NCBI RefSeq assembly: GCF_036566905.1
Contig: NZ_DATCVK010000169.1
Span: forward strand, 120-64,119
Length of the DNA stretch: 64,000 nucleotides
Direction of reading: 5' to 3'
Source of the DNA: Microbacterium sp.
Lineage (GTDB): Bacteria > Actinomycetota > Actinomycetes > Actinomycetales > Microbacteriaceae
Shown: positions 10,199 through 20,337 of the stretch, piece after piece
Position numbering within the stretch: position 1 is the stretch's first letter
Layout of the letters: each line of letters starts with the position of its first letter
Made by a program: the position numbers and the translations under genes
Notes under the pieces: generated by a model
Told to the model about the DNA's origin: nothing
The model's database searches: none
What the model saw: only the letters and a program-made list of their open reading frames with translations

Positions 10199-10788
10199 CC
10201 ATGCCGGCGACCTCCGACGCGGATGCGCAGGCGGCCAACGAGGTGAGTCGCACGCAGGAGGCGATCCTCGCCGCCTATGCGGAGCTGATCGAGGAGCTCG
10301 GCACAGACGACGTGTCTTTCCGGCTGATCGCCCGCCGAGCGGGCGTCGGCGAGCGAACCGTCTTCCGCAACTACGCGACGCGGGTGGATCTGCTGCTCGC
10401 GACGGCGGCGTGGATCGAGAACAGGATCTTCCCCCGGCAGGACTCCGCGAGCATCTTCGACATGCCTCTCGCGATCCGGGCGGCGATGGAGTCGTACGAC
10501 CAGCGCCCGGAACTGGCCCATGTGGTGGCTGAAACGACGATGCGAGGCATCAGCGGCGCGGCACCCAGCCCCGGGCGGTCGAAGCTCGAGCAGATGGTCG
10601 ATGCCGAGATTCCCTCTCTCGAAGACGCTGAGCGCACCGCGATCGTCGCGGCTCTGGCGCACCTCGACTCGGCTGCGACGTGGGTCACCTTCCGCCGGGA
10701 GTTCGGAATGAGCCGCCGCGACATCGCCGACGCCGCGGCATGGGCGGCTGAAGCGGTGCTGGATCCGGTTCGATCGCGCGTCGGCTGA
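10195..10788 (+). CDS. TetR/AcrR family transcriptional regulator
   Basis: HTH VSFRLIARRAGVGERTVFRNYATRVDL; ATGA overlap with the previous TetR. Confidence 0.85.
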   Translation: MTMPATSDADAQAANEVSRTQEAILAAYAELIEELGTDDVSFRLIARRAGVGERTVFRNYATRVDLLLATAAWIENRIFPRQDSASIFDMPLAIRAAMESYDQRPELAHVVAETTMRGISGAAPSPGRSKLEQMVDAEIPSLEDAERTAIVAALAHLDSAATWVTFRREFGMSRRDIADAAAWAAEAVLDPVRSRVG

Positions 10789-10839
10789 AAGCGGATCATC
10801 TCGCACAACGCTTCTGCGGGTCAGAGCCTCAATGGGTTT

Positions 10840-11736
10840 ATGGATGCCCCGCTGGGGTCGGGCGAGTTCGTGGAATGGGATGAGTTGGAGCGTCTGCGAC
10901 GACGCGCGTACGGACCGGACGCCGACATCGCCGGGGATGCGGAGGCGCAAGGTCGCCTCGCGGAATTGGAGGCCGGCCGACGCCGACAGATGACGGCCAT
11001 GGATGCCGCAGAGGCTCCCGCTCCGGTCCGGGAACGGGTGCCCGTCGCTGCAACCGCCGATGAACCGCGCGCGGCTTCGACATCGATCCTGCCGGCCGTG
11101 GACGCAGCGTTCAACGAGAATGTGCCCGCCCCCGGGTCGGTCACGGAGCAAGACCCCAGGGGGACTCCGGCCAGCATCAGAACCCACGCGCCACCGTGGT
11201 TGCGGCGCCGCCGCGGGTTGGCACTTCTCGGCGCCGCGATCGCTGCCATCGGCCTTGTCGCGGGCTACCTCGCCGGCACGTCGCAGCTGCTTGCTCCTGT
11301 GTTCACTCCCCTACCGACCGAGTCGTCCACGGCCAATATGCCCCCCGTGCCCGACAGATTTCCGCAAGGGCTCTACTTGCCCTTAGCGCACGAGATCCTC
11401 GCACTGAGGTCGGTGGGTGAAGGCGCCGATCGGCCGAACGATCAGCACGGCGTTCTCGAGTCGTTGGGTATCAGCCCCGATGAGCTTCGGCGCTACGAGG
11501 ACTTCGACGGTCTCAACATCTGGAGCGGTGAGTCTCGCTACGGCATGGCGTGCCTGTTCGTGGCCGTCCCCGTTCAGGGAATCCGCGAGGGGTACAGCGC
11601 CGAGGGCTGTACCCCCGAAGGCTTCGACACCACTGCGGAACTGCCGCAGCAGGGGACCATGAGCTTCATGCGATTCGTGTTGAGGGAAGACCACGTCAGC
11701 GTGTACGTCTACGAGAGGACCGCCGATCCGAATTAG
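10840..11736 (+). CDS. Hypothetical single-pass membrane protein
   Basis: N-terminal ELERLRRRAYGPDADI motif, Pro/Ala linker, RRRRG followed by a TM helix, extracellular domain with two Cys. Confidence 0.65.
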   Translation: MDAPLGSGEFVEWDELERLRRRAYGPDADIAGDAEAQGRLAELEAGRRRQMTAMDAAEAPAPVRERVPVAATADEPRAASTSILPAVDAAFNENVPAPGSVTEQDPRGTPASIRTHAPPWLRRRRGLALLGAAIAAIGLVAGYLAGTSQLLAPVFTPLPTESSTANMPPVPDRFPQGLYLPLAHEILALRSVGEGADRPNDQHGVLESLGISPDELRRYEDFDGLNIWSGESRYGMACLFVAVPVQGIREGYSAEGCTPEGFDTTAELPQQGTMSFMRFVLREDHVSVYVYERTADPN

Positions 11737-11843
11737 CGCCTGCCGGACCCGAACACGGCGGTGCGATGTCCGCGCGCAGCTCGGGGACCGGGCCCGCCGC
11801 AACCACCTGTCCACCGACGTCGCGAGCGGCGACAACCTCGCGT

Positions 11844-12641
11844 TCAGCGCAGGTCGCGTCGCAGCGGAACGGCCACCGCGACGCAAGCCGCCGCCGCCGC
11901 ATAGGCGAGCAGAACGAGCGCCCCGATCGCCGGCGACGTCGGCACCGTCGACGTCGTCGGCAGCTGCTCGGCGATGGCATCGCTGAGGAAGGTGAAGTCG
12001 GTGAGGGCCGCCGTCGCGCCTCCTGGGAGATAGGAATGGATCGCGTTCACGCCGGGGATGATCAAGAGCACGTGCTCGAGGAAGTAGAAGTACCCGAGCA
12101 CGATGCCGACGGCGAGCAGCTGATGGCGCGCGAGCGCGCCGATGGCGACGCCGAGGATCATGTAGACGGCGGCAGCCAGCGAGAGACGTGCGAGCAGCGT
12201 GACGAGTCCGGCCGGGGGGACGCCGAGCTCGACGCCTTGTAGTGCCGCGCCACCCACCACAGCCGCCCCAGCGAAGAGCGAGGCGACGACCCCGTAGGCG
12301 ATGCCGAGCGCGCCGAACACGACGAGCTTCGCCGCGAGCACTCGCCCGCGGCGAGGGGCGGCGAGGAAGGTCGTGCCGATGGTGTGGTGCCGGTACTCGC
12401 TCGTGACGGCGATCGTGCCGATGAGCGCGGGCACGAAGAGCAGCAGGCCGCTCATGCCCACGACGATGCCGACGCCGTCGACGGTGTCGAGTCCGGGCAG
12501 CGGCGGGTTGGCATTCTCGGGACCGACGAGAGCCAGCAGTCCGGTCAGAGCGCCACCGCTGCCTGCGGCGATGACGAGGGACCATATCGGAAGCCGGGTG
12601 GCGAAGAGCTTCGTGAACTCGCCTCGGATCAGTCGATTCAT
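11844..12641 (-). CDS. ABC-2 type exporter permease
   Basis: IRGEFTKL, VTSEYRHHTIGTTFLAAPRRGRVLAAK, C-terminal RRDL; 6 TM segments. Confidence 0.88.
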   Translation of the reverse strand: MNRLIRGEFTKLFATRLPIWSLVIAAGSGGALTGLLALVGPENANPPLPGLDTVDGVGIVVGMSGLLLFVPALIGTIAVTSEYRHHTIGTTFLAAPRRGRVLAAKLVVFGALGIAYGVVASLFAGAAVVGGAALQGVELGVPPAGLVTLLARLSLAAAVYMILGVAIGALARHQLLAVGIVLGYFYFLEHVLLIIPGVNAIHSYLPGGATAALTDFTFLSDAIAEQLPTTSTVPTSPAIGALVLLAYAAAAACVAVAVPLRRDLR

Positions 12642-13405
12642 GCGCGGGCTCCTTCGGTGCGTGTCGCTCCGGATATTCCGGGGGCGGTGTGGGGAGCGGT
12701 CTCGGATGTGAGCCGCAGAAATGCCTCTTCGAGGTTCGTGCCGTGCGCGGTGAACTCGGCGAGCGAGCCCTCCCAGGCCACGTGTCCGCGATCGATCAGC
12801 ACGAGGTCGTCGACGCCGTGCTGGAGTTCCGTGAGGACGTGACTCGAGAGCAGGACCGTGCGACCGCCGGCGGCGAACTCGCGCAGGAAGGTGCGCAGCC
12901 AGACGATGCCCGCCGGGTCGAGCCCGTTCGACGGCTCGTCGAGTACGAGCACGACCGGATCCCCGAGGAGTGCAGTCGCGAGGGACAGCCGCTGCCGCAT
13001 CCCGGTCGAGAAGGAGCCCACACGACGGTCGAGGTATGCGGAGATGCCGGTGAGCTCCGCCACGCGCGCTGCATTCGCCGGTTCATGCCCGCCCAGCGCA
13101 CAGTACGTGCGGAGGTGCCCGCGCGCGGTCATCGCAGGATGGGCGGCGGCGATGTCGAGCACGGCCCCCACCGTGCTCGAGGGATCGTCGAGGTCGCGGT
13201 ACCAGGCACCGCCGATGAGTGCCGTTCCGGCATCAGGACGGATGAGACCCAGCAGCATCCGGAGCGTCGTGGACTTGCCGGCGCCGTTGGGACCGAGGAA
13301 TCCCGTGACCCGCCCGGAGCGCGCGCTGAAGGTGACGTCGGTCACTGCGTCGACGCCGGCGAAGCGCTTGGCGAGTCCAGAGACCTGGATGTCCGTGCCA
13401 CTCAT
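12638..13405 (-). CDS. ABC exporter ATP-binding protein
   Basis: GPNGAGKST, FSTGMRQRL, LDEPSNGLDP, SSH. Confidence 0.92.
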   Translation of the reverse strand: MSGTDIQVSGLAKRFAGVDAVTDVTFSARSGRVTGFLGPNGAGKSTTLRMLLGLIRPDAGTALIGGAWYRDLDDPSSTVGAVLDIAAAHPAMTARGHLRTYCALGGHEPANAARVAELTGISAYLDRRVGSFSTGMRQRLSLATALLGDPVVLVLDEPSNGLDPAGIVWLRTFLREFAAGGRTVLLSSHVLTELQHGVDDLVLIDRGHVAWEGSLAEFTAHGTNLEEAFLRLTSETAPHTAPGISGATRTEGARA

Positions 13406-13530
13406 CGCCGGACCGGCTTGTGAAGGGTCGAGGTGTCTCGTCGAATGGCGGTCATCAGGGTGTTCCTCTCACTGACGTACGCTGGATCAGGTATTGAGAA
13501 TGTTATCACTATGAGAATGGTTGGTGTGCC

Positions 13531-14073
13531 GTGTCGAAGCGCTCGCCCATCGCCGATGTCGTCATGCATCCCGTGCGCCTCCGGATCATCCAGCAACTCG
13601 GCACCCGCCAGGTCACGACCGCGGATCTTCGAGCCGCCATGCCGGATGTCCCCCAGGCGACGCTGTACCGTCACGTCGCCGCACTCGTCGAAGCCGACAT
13701 CCTGGCGGTCATCGAGGAGCGGCGGGTGCGCGGCGCGGTCGAGCGCACCTTCACCCTCGGTGGCAGGATGGCGCACGTCGACCATGCAGAGCTTCGGGAG
13801 ATGGGCGAACAGGAGTTGCGCCAATCGTTCCTGACGTTCATCGCCCACCTCGGCGAGACGTTCGATCGAGCGAGCGCTTCGGATGCCGATGGCGGCTTCC
13901 GGGACTTCCTCGGCTTCGGAGAGGTGCAGCTGCACGTCACGACCGACGACCTCAGCCAGATTCAGACGCGTCTCGGCGAGCTGCTCGCGCCCTACCTGTC
14001 CGCGACAGGTCCAGAACGCCGTACCGTGACATTCGCCACAGCCCTGATACCCGAGGCGCTTCGCCCGGCATGA
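13531..14073 (+). CDS. Winged-HTH (ArsR-like) transcriptional regulator
   Basis: HPVRLRIIQQL...VPQATLYRHVAALVEADIL...RGAVERTF; divergent from the ABC pair. Confidence 0.82.
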   Translation: MSKRSPIADVVMHPVRLRIIQQLGTRQVTTADLRAAMPDVPQATLYRHVAALVEADILAVIEERRVRGAVERTFTLGGRMAHVDHAELREMGEQELRQSFLTFIAHLGETFDRASASDADGGFRDFLGFGEVQLHVTTDDLSQIQTRLGELLAPYLSATGPERRTVTFATALIPEALRPA

Positions 14074-15504
14074 TCAGCCGCTGGCCCACCCGAAGCTGGT
14101 TGCGTGGTGCCCGTTCGGCGGATGCGGGGACTCATTGTCACCGCCGGATCCGAGCATGGATCGGGTGAGCTGCTGGCGGGAGTCCATCAGGCGGTCGAGT
14201 TCGGCGACGAGGTCCTCATCGCGGGGTTCGCGCTCGTCTTGGACGGCGCGGAGCACACTTCGCCTCATCAACTCTTTCGCGAAAGAGCCCGTCGTGCCTT
14301 CGGCTCGTTCTGCCGCCGCCTGCAGTGCGGCACCCGTGTACGGGAGGCCGTGCGCGTAGCGACGGAACAGGCGACGCCGTTCCGCCGGTGCGGGAAGGGG
14401 GACCTCGACGGCGAGATCGACCCGACCCGGTCGCTCCGCGAGGGCACGCTCGAGCACTTCGACCCTGTTGGTCGTCATGATGAAGGCCACGTCGGCGTCG
14501 CCGTCCAGGCCGTCGAGGGCGTCGAGCACTTCGAACAGCAGTGGCTGGGGTGAGCCGTGGCGTTCCATGGCGACCAGGTCGATGTCTTCGAGCACCACGA
14601 GCGCGGGCTGGAACGTGCGCGCGATCTCGGCAGCTGCGCTGATGTAACGGATGCTGGATCCCGTGAGGACCACGGCGGTGATGTCGGGCGTCGCGGTGAG
14701 GAGGTGACGGACGGTGAGGGTCTTGCCCGTCCCCGGCGGGCCATACAGCAGCACGCCACGCTTCAGATGCTGACCCGCGCGCTGCAGAGCGTCGCTGTGT
14801 TCACCGATCGTGATCACGTGCTGGACGATCTCTTCCAGCACACCCTCCCCGAGGACGATGTCGTCAGCGGCGACTGACGGTCGCTGCACGAAGGTGGCGC
14901 CGGCGTCGCGGCCGTACTCGGTGGGTTGAAAGGACAGCACCTGGCCGCGTAGCACGCTGCGCTCGATCATCGTTCGGCGCAGTGTCTCGAGGAAGCGAGT
15001 GACCACCGCGTCGTCGGTGCCCATGACCTCCACCACCGCGGACGGCCTGCCGAACTGGGGAGAAGCAGCCCGCTGTGCGAGCACGATGGGCGTGCCCTCG
15101 AAATGCAGCAGCCGAACGCCCAGCGACACCACCCTCGTGCTCGAGCTCGGACCCGTCGCCCGCTCCGTGTAGTCCACCGGGCCCGGTGCATAGCGTGCGT
15201 GAGAGTGGGTGATCCACTCCGCCAGCGCTTGGTGGTGCCTTTGATCTCCGCCCGTGACGCCGATGAGGCGCCCCTCGCCCTGCTCTCCCAACGCGTTCAA
15301 GGCGAGATCCGCGTCGACAAGGCGGTGGTCGGCGATGTGCTCCACGACCACGGACACCTGCGATGCGTCGGTTCCCAGATGGTCGCTGATCACGTCACCC
15401 AAGGGCGTCCGGGACGGTGACGATTCGCTCGCGGCCAGTTCGTTCACCCGATGCAGGTAGCTGGATACTGCGCGCATCAGATCACGATCGTCGTCCTGCA
15501 ACAT
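14074..15504 (-). CDS. AAA+ ATPase with an uncharacterised N-terminal domain
   Basis: RGVLLYGPPGTGKT (Walker A), VVLEDID (Walker B), TTNR, ALAERPGRVD (SRH). Start placed at the ATG at 15504. Confidence 0.88.
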   Translation of the reverse strand: MLQDDDRDLMRAVSSYLHRVNELAASESSPSRTPLGDVISDHLGTDASQVSVVVEHIADHRLVDADLALNALGEQGEGRLIGVTGGDQRHHQALAEWITHSHARYAPGPVDYTERATGPSSSTRVVSLGVRLLHFEGTPIVLAQRAASPQFGRPSAVVEVMGTDDAVVTRFLETLRRTMIERSVLRGQVLSFQPTEYGRDAGATFVQRPSVAADDIVLGEGVLEEIVQHVITIGEHSDALQRAGQHLKRGVLLYGPPGTGKTLTVRHLLTATPDITAVVLTGSSIRYISAAAEIARTFQPALVVLEDIDLVAMERHGSPQPLLFEVLDALDGLDGDADVAFIMTTNRVEVLERALAERPGRVDLAVEVPLPAPAERRRLFRRYAHGLPYTGAALQAAAERAEGTTGSFAKELMRRSVLRAVQDEREPRDEDLVAELDRLMDSRQQLTRSMLGSGGDNESPHPPNGHHATSFGWASG

Positions 15505-15618
15505 GGCACCGACTCTGTCATACGCCCGCGACACGCGATCACACATCCGAGTCGCGCGGAGTGCCCATCGGCTATCGGCGGGCGAACCGATCTCGGCTCG
15601 ATCCACGATGCGGATCCG

Positions 15619-16089
15619 CTAGCCGTACTTTCTCAGCAGCTCGATGTCGTGGATGTCCGCTGCGCGAAGCTCGTACCCGTCACGAAACCGCAGCTGTTGG
15701 GCGGCTGAGAGGCACGGAATCTCGGAGCCGTCGATCGTTCCTAGAGTGAATCCGTCCGACGCATAGTGGAAGCCGTCGCCACCGTGGCCGGCCTGCCGCC
15801 CGCTGCCGTCTGCGGCGAACGTCGCGGGATGCACGTCGACGACTTGACCGTCAGGCGCTGTCAATTCCAGCCGAGAAGGCGCCCAGTCCGTTGTGACGAC
15901 GAAACCCTGCTCGCCGAGCAGTTCGAGGAAGGAAGGGAGATCCCGGATGTCGACGGCCACGTCCATGTCTCCGTGCGCCCGTGTCTGACGTCCCACGATG
16001 GCGTCCACGGCCCAGCCCCCGGCCAGCCACACTCTCAGCCCCTCGGCCGCGAAAGCGCGAAACAGATCGACGACCTGGCCACTCTCCAC
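15619..16089 (-). CDS. Nucleotidyltransferase, Lnu/ANT(2'')-like family
   Basis: WLAGGWAVDAIVGRQTRAHGDMD and VDVHP motifs typical of the lincosamide/aminoglycoside nucleotidyltransferase-like family. Confidence 0.8.
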   Translation of the reverse strand: MESGQVVDLFRAFAAEGLRVWLAGGWAVDAIVGRQTRAHGDMDVAVDIRDLPSFLELLGEQGFVVTTDWAPSRLELTAPDGQVVDVHPATFAADGSGRQAGHGGDGFHYASDGFTLGTIDGSEIPCLSAAQQLRFRDGYELRAADIHDIELLRKYG

Positions 16090-16123
16090 GGTTCTGCCCT
16101 CCCTCGGGCACCGGCCAGCCGAT

Positions 16124-16393
16124 CTACCAGATGGTGCCGCCGCCGAGCGAGATGCCGCCCCACGTGAGCGCGATGAAGATCGCGGCGAACACGACGGGAG
16201 CGATGCCCTTGCCGTTGCGCGCGAGTCCCTTGAGGAGGGCGATCACCGCGAGGACTGCGGCGACGATGGAAAGGCCGCCACCGAGGATCAGCCCGATGAA
16301 CAGGGGGATGGGCATGAGCACGAGGCCGGCCAGCGCGAACCAGAACGCGGCCCAGGCCGTCGGGTTCGAGCGGCGTTCGACGGATGAAGACAT
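16124..16393 (-). CDS. Small membrane protein (DUF4190-like)
   Basis: 89 aa with 3 hydrophobic helices (NPTAWAAFWFALAG..., GKGIA). Confidence 0.65.
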   Translation of the reverse strand: MSSSVERRSNPTAWAAFWFALAGLVLMPIPLFIGLILGGGLSIVAAVLAVIALLKGLARNGKGIAPVVFAAIFIALTWGGISLGGGTIW

Positions 16394-16510
16394 GCGTCCA
16401 GTATCTCGTGCTCGTGCCCGCAGCCCTGGAACGCGGCACCGCGCCGCATGGTGTTCTCTGACGCAATCCGCCGGGGGGACTAGTCCGGACGCAAGAGCTA
16501 TCCTCCCGTC

Positions 16511-17083
16511 ATGGCCAACCGCGTGAACAAGCCTGAGCTGCACGTGGACACGGTTGCGGACTGGGAAGCCTGGCTGGAATCGGACCCCGACCCGACCGGC
16601 GTCCGGCTACGACTGCGGAAGAAGGCGTCGACCCGACCCGGGATCACGTACGCCGAGGCGCTCGATGTCGCGCTGTGCTTCGGGTGGATCGATGGGCAGT
16701 CGCAGTCCCTGGATGCCGATTACTTCCTGCAGACCTTCACGCCACGCCGACCGCGGAGCATGTGGTCGAAGGTCAACATCGGTCACGTGACACGGCTGGT
16801 CGAGGAAGGTCGCATGCGGCCTCAAGGCCAGCACGAGATCGACCGCGCCAAGGCGGACGGGCGATGGGACAGCGCGTATCGGCAACGCGACGGCGACCTC
16901 CCCGTGGAGCTGGAGGAAGCCCTCAACGCAGACCCGGAGATCGCCAAAGCGTTCGCTGCTCAGTCGGCACAGAACCGGTTCGCGATGGCCTTCCGCGTGG
17001 GCAATCTCAAACGGCCGGCTTCGCGAGCCGCACGCGTTGCCCAGTACGTCGAGATGCTCAAGCGAGGCGAAACCCTGCACTGA
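16511..17083 (+). CDS. YdeI/OmpD-associated family protein
   Basis: YAEALDVALCFGWIDG, FTPRRPRSMWSKVN, AKADGRWDSAY. Probably leaderless (TATCCT 6 nt before the ATG). Confidence 0.9.
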   Translation: MANRVNKPELHVDTVADWEAWLESDPDPTGVRLRLRKKASTRPGITYAEALDVALCFGWIDGQSQSLDADYFLQTFTPRRPRSMWSKVNIGHVTRLVEEGRMRPQGQHEIDRAKADGRWDSAYRQRDGDLPVELEEALNADPEIAKAFAAQSAQNRFAMAFRVGNLKRPASRAARVAQYVEMLKRGETLH

Positions 17084-17122
17084 CGACGACTGAGCATGGG
17101 CTGACCGCGTCCCACGGATCCT

Positions 17123-17611
17123 CTACCGAGTCAGGCGTTGCGCTTCCATGTGCTGTTCGTGCCACCAGGTCTCGCCGTCGTCGTTCGAGCACCAGCCATC
17201 CCATGTGAACCTGTCCGCCAGGATGGCGCTGAAGATCCATTTCACAGGTCGGCCGTCGGCTTGCACCCCGGCGAGCTCGATTCGGTCGCCGAGATCGTGC
17301 GCGGTGAGGACGACGTGTTCCGCAGCGCGCGGGCAGAACCACACGACTCGCCATCCAGCACGCTCATCCCACGTCCGTACGGTCGTGCCCAGAGCGGTCC
17401 CCGCCTCATCGACAAGCACATCCTGAATTCCCCGGCCGGCGATGATCCAGTCGAATGTCCAAAGCAGCGCACTCTCGGACCACTGGCGAGTCGATTCGTT
17501 GTACAACGCGTTCTGCACCCGCCAGTCGCCGACGAAGCGCCCGAAAGCAGCCAGCTCGACCGCCACTTCCCGAGCCGGTCCATCGGCGACGAGACTCCGG
17601 TGCAGACTCAC
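17123..17611 (-). CDS. Hypothetical protein (beta-barrel/DUF1579-like)
   Basis: FGRFVGDW...WTFDWIIAGRGIQDV...GTTVR...W..SNDDGETW. GTG start at 17611 is inferred. Confidence 0.65.
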   Translation of the reverse strand: MSLHRSLVADGPAREVAVELAAFGRFVGDWRVQNALYNESTRQWSESALLWTFDWIIAGRGIQDVLVDEAGTALGTTVRTWDERAGWRVVWFCPRAAEHVVLTAHDLGDRIELAGVQADGRPVKWIFSAILADRFTWDGWCSNDDGETWWHEQHMEAQRLTR

Positions 17612-17667
17612 ACTGACAACGTACTGGGCACCGACGACAGGGCGCCCGGTTGCCCGATGCACGACGC

Positions 17668-18540
17668 CTAGACGGACGCCTTCGGTACGGCCGTTTCGGC
17701 CACGTTGGCGAGTAGTTGGAGGCGTTCGTGGGTGGCAGATCCCGGTTCGGCGGAGAAGACGATCATCTGCAGTCCGCGGTCGGACGCGAGATCCATCGCT
17801 TGGAAGGTGAGGTCGAGGTCGCCGACCACGGGATGATGCACGAGTTTGAGGCCGGTGCGGTGTTCGCGGACGTCGTGGGCTCCCCAAAGCTTTCGGAACA
17901 GACCGCTGCGGGTGGAGAGTTCGCCGACAAGGTCGGTCAGCTGACGATCGTAGGGTGAGCGGCCGGCTTCGGCGCGAAGGACGGCCACGATCTGGCGGGT
18001 CTGCGCTTCCCATTCCCGATAGAAGGTCTGGGCCCGCGGTTCGAGAAAGATGAATCGCGCGGCATTCGCTGGTGGCCGGGCACCGTCGAGCATCTCGGAG
18101 AAGAGAGCTGCCCCGAGGCGGTTGGTGGCCACCGCGTCAAGACGACCGTTCTGTAGGTAGACCGGCACCGTCGACATGGCGTCGATGGTCTGTCTCATGC
18201 CGGACGTGAGCTGCGTCTTGCGGGGGGTGCGCGCACGTTGGTGCGGGTGAGCCCCGGCATTGGCGGTGCGGATCAGGTCATACAGATGGGCGTGTTCGGC
18301 TTCGTCCAGTTGCAGGGCGCGGCTGACACCGTCGATGACTGCTTCGGACACACCTGCGGCGTTGCCCCTTTCGAGGCGTTTGTAGTACTCCGCGCTCATT
18401 CCGGCCACCAGCGCGACTTCCTCCCGGCGCAGCCCCGGAACCCGGCGGCGACCGCCGAAATCCGGTAGCCCCACCTGCGACGGCGTGAGCTTCGCGCGCC
18501 GAGTGGTGAGGAACTCGCGGATCGCGTCCGAGGTGTCCAT
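17668..18540 (-). CDS. XRE-family regulator with MmyB-like ligand-binding domain
   Basis: EFLTTRRAKLTP, RRRVPGLRREEVA, YYKRLERG, HPVVGDLDL. Confidence 0.92.
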   Translation of the reverse strand: MDTSDAIREFLTTRRAKLTPSQVGLPDFGGRRRVPGLRREEVALVAGMSAEYYKRLERGNAAGVSEAVIDGVSRALQLDEAEHAHLYDLIRTANAGAHPHQRARTPRKTQLTSGMRQTIDAMSTVPVYLQNGRLDAVATNRLGAALFSEMLDGARPPANAARFIFLEPRAQTFYREWEAQTRQIVAVLRAEAGRSPYDRQLTDLVGELSTRSGLFRKLWGAHDVREHRTGLKLVHHPVVGDLDLTFQAMDLASDRGLQMIVFSAEPGSATHERLQLLANVAETAVPKASV

Positions 18541-18751
18541 GCCATCGAAACTACGCCGACGTGGGAGCGCGTCGGGGGTCCCTGTCGGGGCACCTATAGG
18601 TAGGGCCACGCTGACTCCGGCGAAGAAGCGTTGACTCGAAGCATCAGCCGCCGAACGAGCGTATGCGGTGACCCGTCACCGCCGCTCCTCCATCGCCGAG
18701 CTGTACCCATGCCCACCTCACAGGCCTGACCGCCGGGAACGGAGAACACCT

Positions 18752-19732
<981 letters not shown>

Positions 19733-19828
19733 CCGAATCGCGCCTTCTCGAGCGAGAAGAGCCCGCACGTCCGCCTGATCGACTCCCCGCTGGTCGACTT
19801 CGTATGCGTATCGTTTCGACAGCCGGGC

Positions 19829-20206
19829 TTACCGCGCACCGCTGACAGCATCACGAGCAGCGATGACCGCGTCGGCGAACTTCCGTGCCCAATAGCAACG
19901 CACCTTCAAGACCCGATCCGGGGTGCTTATCGCCACGATATTGGTGAACAAGCCAGGCAGGACTTCCACATCTGTCACCTGCTTCAGCGGCACGGAGACA
20001 TCCAGCGTTCCGGACTGCGCGATGCGGTTCATCGTGTTCGCCGCGAAGGAGACGGTCTCCGAGGTGAGCGTCACCCGCCCGCCGACCCAGAGGCCTCCCC
20101 ACACGGCGCGAAAGGCGGACAGAACCGGCGCGAGGCTCGAAATGTGCGATTGCGCATCCTCGATGAGCGCATTTGCGATCTTCGATATGAGCACCTGGTC
20201 ACGCAT
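19829..20206 (-). CDS. Hypothetical protein (GRAM/PH-like)
   Basis: WGGLWVGGRVTLT...FAANTMNR; 125 aa; CACAAT just upstream suggests a leaderless start. Confidence 0.6.
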   Translation of the reverse strand: MRDQVLISKIANALIEDAQSHISSLAPVLSAFRAVWGGLWVGGRVTLTSETVSFAANTMNRIAQSGTLDVSVPLKQVTDVEVLPGLFTNIVAISTPDRVLKVRCYWARKFADAVIAARDAVSGAR

Positions 20207-20337
20207 AGCAGGATTGTGACCTTCACGACGTGTCGGAGTCCAGGGGGCCGTTGTCGGGACGCCGGGCGGGGCCCAATCAGCTCCCCGCGGGCGCGCGGGA
20301 GGTTGATGTGCCGGCCGGTCTCTGCGACGGTACTTGC

